Shown: one piece after another, positions 61,092 through 64,000 of the stretch | How positions within the stretch are numbered: the stretch's first letter is position 1 | Layout: every line of letters starts with the position of its first letter | Source of the DNA: Verrucomicrobiota bacterium | Lineage (GTDB): Bacteria; Verrucomicrobiota; Verrucomicrobiia; Limisphaerales; AAA164-E04 | Assembly: GCA_047947115.1 (NCBI GenBank) | Contig: CP170459.1 | Location: forward strand, 928,001 to 992,000 | Length of the DNA: 64,000 nucleotides | Reading direction: 5' to 3' | Translations under genes and position numbers: made by a program | Notes under the pieces: model-generated | Databases searched by the model: none | Told to the model about the DNA's origin: nothing | What the model saw: only the letters and a program-made list of their open reading frames with translations

Positions 61092-63464
61092 TTGAACCCC
61101 ATCGACCTGTCCAAATTGATGCGAGTCATCCACCAAACATTCATGCTGCTCACCTTCGCTTGGTGTATTGCTCTATTAAGCACCCTTCCCAAAGCGATTG
61201 GAGCCAATCTGGCAAATTCTGAATTGGCTCTGCCCGTAGCAGCAGCATCCACACTGGCGGATTTATCTCATATTGCCAATGATGTCGAGAAACTGGATGC
61301 CGTTTTTGATCTTGCCCTGGAATTAACTAAAATGGGCGCTGGTTACGAAGGAGCCCGCCTGATCGCATCCATCGCTGTCACGACCACTGATCCCAGCATT
61401 CGTTTCAATGCGCTCGATTACCTCGAAGAATGGGATCTCAGCATAGAAGAAGTCCTGCACGGAAACGTGCATATCGTTCACCAAAAAGTGATTGCGTCCG
61501 CACAACACCAACTTCTACCAGGAAATGCCTTTGGTCATGTTCGAAACCTCATCAAGTTGAACTTGCTGCAAGAGGCGACGGATCTTCTTGAGAGAGACTG
61601 CATGGCATTAGCCCGGCGTCCTTTCGAAAACAAATGGGGTATGCTCCTGGATGAATTTGAAATTCCAGTTGAATCATTCTACGAAGGAAACAGGGACCAA
61701 CGGCTCGAATTGATCGTGCAAGCTTTTAACCATCAACATTTGAAGGATCAACTTCCACTGATTTGGTTTAAAAACCATGAAGCCTGGAAGAATGCGAATG
61801 ATTTACTTCACTACGATCATTTCAAACGAGAAAAGAATCTGCCTCTGGAAGTTGGACTGAAGGGGAAGGTCCTACGGGTATGCATCATAGCGTGCTCAGT
61901 AGCGTTGCTTCTCTGCATGGTACTATTACTTACCGGAGTCAGACGATCGAAGTGGAAGATGTATGTGTTTGCGACCGCCAGCTTGCTCCTTTTTAGCTCC
62001 GCTTCCATCATATATTATATCAAATACATTTACATCAATCCAAAAATCCGACCTTATGCAAGATGGGTGGACAATCGCAAACGTTGGACAGATGACGACT
62101 TGCCGTCGCTTCCCCCTCAACGCGAACTCATCGAGACTGCTTTTCAGCACGCGAAAGAATTTGCTGATCAAGGTGAATGGCGGGCGACAAAACTGCTTTT
62201 GGATGTTCTCATCTTTTCTCAAAACCCGAATGCCGATCTGACCAGAGAGAAATCATTGCTGGCCGAGGCAATTGACCGCCTGGCTCTGCGGAAGAATCAC
62301 TTTCTCTCCGACCAACGCCCCGGGAGAGATGAGGCGGATGATTTGTTTGAATCAGACAAAGTCCACCGCTACCAACTGGAATTGGGCAACGAGGCCATCC
62401 AGGCTTTGAGGGATGATCCCAAGATCTATGTTCGCGGCACGTTCAAACATGGTGATAAAACCTATCCGGATGTGGGGGTAAAACTTAAGGGCGGATGGGG
62501 CAGTTTCCGCATCATTCAGGGTGATTCCAAACCGGCGTTCTCCATCAAATTTGACGCATTCTCAAAAGACCAACGCTTCTACGGACTGAAACGCATCATC
62601 TTGAACAATGCTGTTCAGGATCCTTCTTATCTGCACGAGGCTGTTGGATATTCTTTTTTCAGGGATTCAGGAGTCGTGGCACCAAGAGTATGCCATGCAA
62701 CACTTCGAGTGAATGATGAGACTTACGGGCTGTACGTCCAGGTTGAAGCCGCGACCAAAGATTATTTGAAACGATGGTTTGAGGATCCAAGCGGAGACCT
62801 GTTCGAAGGTCCGGGGGGCGTCATTGACTTGGAGGATCTGGACTTGGACAGCAATCAGGAATCAGGAGACCGCACTCGAATTCGGATGCTTTACGAGGCT
62901 ATCATGGAAGCTGATCCCATTGACCCATGGTCCACTCTGAAGAATTGGATTGATCTGAAAGCTTTTGCCCGGTTCATGGCCAACGAACAATTCATCAACA
63001 ACTGGGACGGCTACCCCGAAGCCAACAATTATCGACTCTACGATGATCCCACTACCGGTAAGTTTTACTTTTTCCCTCACGGCGCGGACCAGAGCATGGA
63101 GGACTCCCGACACGACATGTTTGGTACAAATTTGGAGGAAGTGGTTGGACGAGCTCTGGTCATGACCCAAACCGGTCGCCAAGCTTACCGGGAGGCTATC
63201 CAAGGTTTCCTGGATCATGCCTGGGATTCCGAGAAAAGATTGGAGAGGATTCGCTCTTGGTATGTCAGAATTTATCCCCACATAACCTCAGGGCTGGCTC
63301 CTTTTGATGAGAATCTATTCGAGCAAAACGTCACCCAGATCATTAAATTCGTTAAAATGCGACCATTCGTCGTCAGACATCAACTGAATGTGGACGCATT
63401 AAGCGCGGATTGGAAGCACTACGATGAAGTGCTTCCCTTTTTCGAGCCGTATTCCGAGCAATAA
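61092..63464 (+). CDS. Membrane-anchored CotH kinase-family protein with a long unknown N-terminal region
   Basis: Signal-like N-terminus, two hydrophobic segments, then VGVKLKG..GSF, KPAFSIKF, LNNAVQDPSYLHE, GLYVQVE, NWDGY, NNYRLY, FFPHGAD. Start may be 61119. Confidence 0.85.
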   Translation: MNPIDLSKLMRVIHQTFMLLTFAWCIALLSTLPKAIGANLANSELALPVAAASTLADLSHIANDVEKLDAVFDLALELTKMGAGYEGARLIASIAVTTTDPSIRFNALDYLEEWDLSIEEVLHGNVHIVHQKVIASAQHQLLPGNAFGHVRNLIKLNLLQEATDLLERDCMALARRPFENKWGMLLDEFEIPVESFYEGNRDQRLELIVQAFNHQHLKDQLPLIWFKNHEAWKNANDLLHYDHFKREKNLPLEVGLKGKVLRVCIIACSVALLLCMVLLLTGVRRSKWKMYVFATASLLLFSSASIIYYIKYIYINPKIRPYARWVDNRKRWTDDDLPSLPPQRELIETAFQHAKEFADQGEWRATKLLLDVLIFSQNPNADLTREKSLLAEAIDRLALRKNHFLSDQRPGRDEADDLFESDKVHRYQLELGNEAIQALRDDPKIYVRGTFKHGDKTYPDVGVKLKGGWGSFRIIQGDSKPAFSIKFDAFSKDQRFYGLKRIILNNAVQDPSYLHEAVGYSFFRDSGVVAPRVCHATLRVNDETYGLYVQVEAATKDYLKRWFEDPSGDLFEGPGGVIDLEDLDLDSNQESGDRTRIRMLYEAIMEADPIDPWSTLKNWIDLKAFARFMANEQFINNWDGYPEANNYRLYDDPTTGKFYFFPHGADQSMEDSRHDMFGTNLEEVVGRALVMTQTGRQAYREAIQGFLDHAWDSEKRLERIRSWYVRIYPHITSGLAPFDENLFEQNVTQIIKFVKMRPFVVRHQLNVDALSADWKHYDEVLPFFEPYSEQ

Positions 63465-63490
63465 AAAAGGGGTTCCGAAGAACCCCTTTT
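63463..63490. terminator. Bidirectional terminator
   Basis: AAAAGGGGTT-ccgaag-AACCCCTTTT between convergent genes. Confidence 0.88.
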
Positions 63491-63514
63491 GAAAACGAAT
63501 GAGTCAAATTAAAA

Positions 63515-64000
63515 TCAAGGCTGCCTTAAACGGTAGAACCGCTGACTGGCCACACTGACATCTTCCGTATAGGGAGAACCGGGCGCCGGGGTAATCGCGG
63601 TCCAGGGACCGCTCACGGAAGCGGCCCATTCCAGCACACCGTTCCCTGTCCAGGTAATGGTCAGTTGACCATCCGCAATGGAAACCGGAGAGAACACCGG
63701 AGGCGTCATATCTTCTTCCTCGATTTCGCCAATGTGGACGTAGTCGATCCCCATCCAGTTACCACCGCCATCAGCGTTGTAATTGATCCCGTGTAGATTG
63801 ACGATATTGTCAGGTCCGAGCCCGAGTTCGGCTTTCACGCTGGATAAAGTGAAGGGTTCGGTAGTGATCTTTTGTCCCAACTTATCTTCGGTGATGATAA
63901 TTTCGGCCTGCACCAACACATCATTGAAGTAGATCTCAATGCCGTAGCGAGGTTCTTCCACATCATCGCCCGTATGCAAATTGAATGCGTCGAACGAAAT
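63515..64000 (-). CDS. C-terminal part of a secreted protein; 5' end is outside the window
   Basis: Frame is open to the window edge; ends with a small beta domain ISIADGQLTITWTGNGVLEWAASVSGPW-like ...QRFYRLRQP. Confidence 0.75.
   Translation of the reverse strand: MSFDAFNLHTGDDVEEPRYGIEIYFNDVLVQAEIIITEDKLGQKITTEPFTLSSVKAELGLGPDNIVNLHGINYNADGGGNWMGIDYVHIGEIEEEDMTPPVFSPVSIADGQLTITWTGNGVLEWAASVSGPWTAITPAPGSPYTEDVSVASQRFYRLRQP

Overview
This window is a bacterial chromosome segment, most likely from the PVC superphylum (Verrucomicrobiota-like). The assignment rests on a PVC-type CxxCH membrane dehydrogenase, a DUF1501 + PSD1/PSCyt pair, three H-X9-DG prepilin-like genes and a CotH-like protein. 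Positions 1-46.9 kb are core and catabolic genes: aroG, lon, ptsI, rpsA, tyrS, panB, moaC, typA, a hemE-hemN-hemY-hemH operon, and several secreted hydrolases. Immediately after a tRNA-Arg(CCT) (46839-46914) begins a visibly AT-rich accessory region of about 13.5 kb. It opens with a nested, broken IS66/IS21 pair, followed by a dense signalling cluster: five histidine-kinase-like proteins (two lack the phospho-His, one lacks a recognisable ATPase domain), a DivK-like receiver, an OmpR-type regulator and a catalytically degenerate isochorismatase-family protein. An intact IS5 (15-bp TIRs, TAA duplication) has split one kinase gene. A 55-aa ORF at 60651-60818, absent from the ORF track, has a textbook lasso-peptide leader and a Gly1/Glu8 core. 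It has no maturation genes in the window and lies just upstream of a membrane CotH-family kinase. All calls come from motif recognition by eye; no searches were run.
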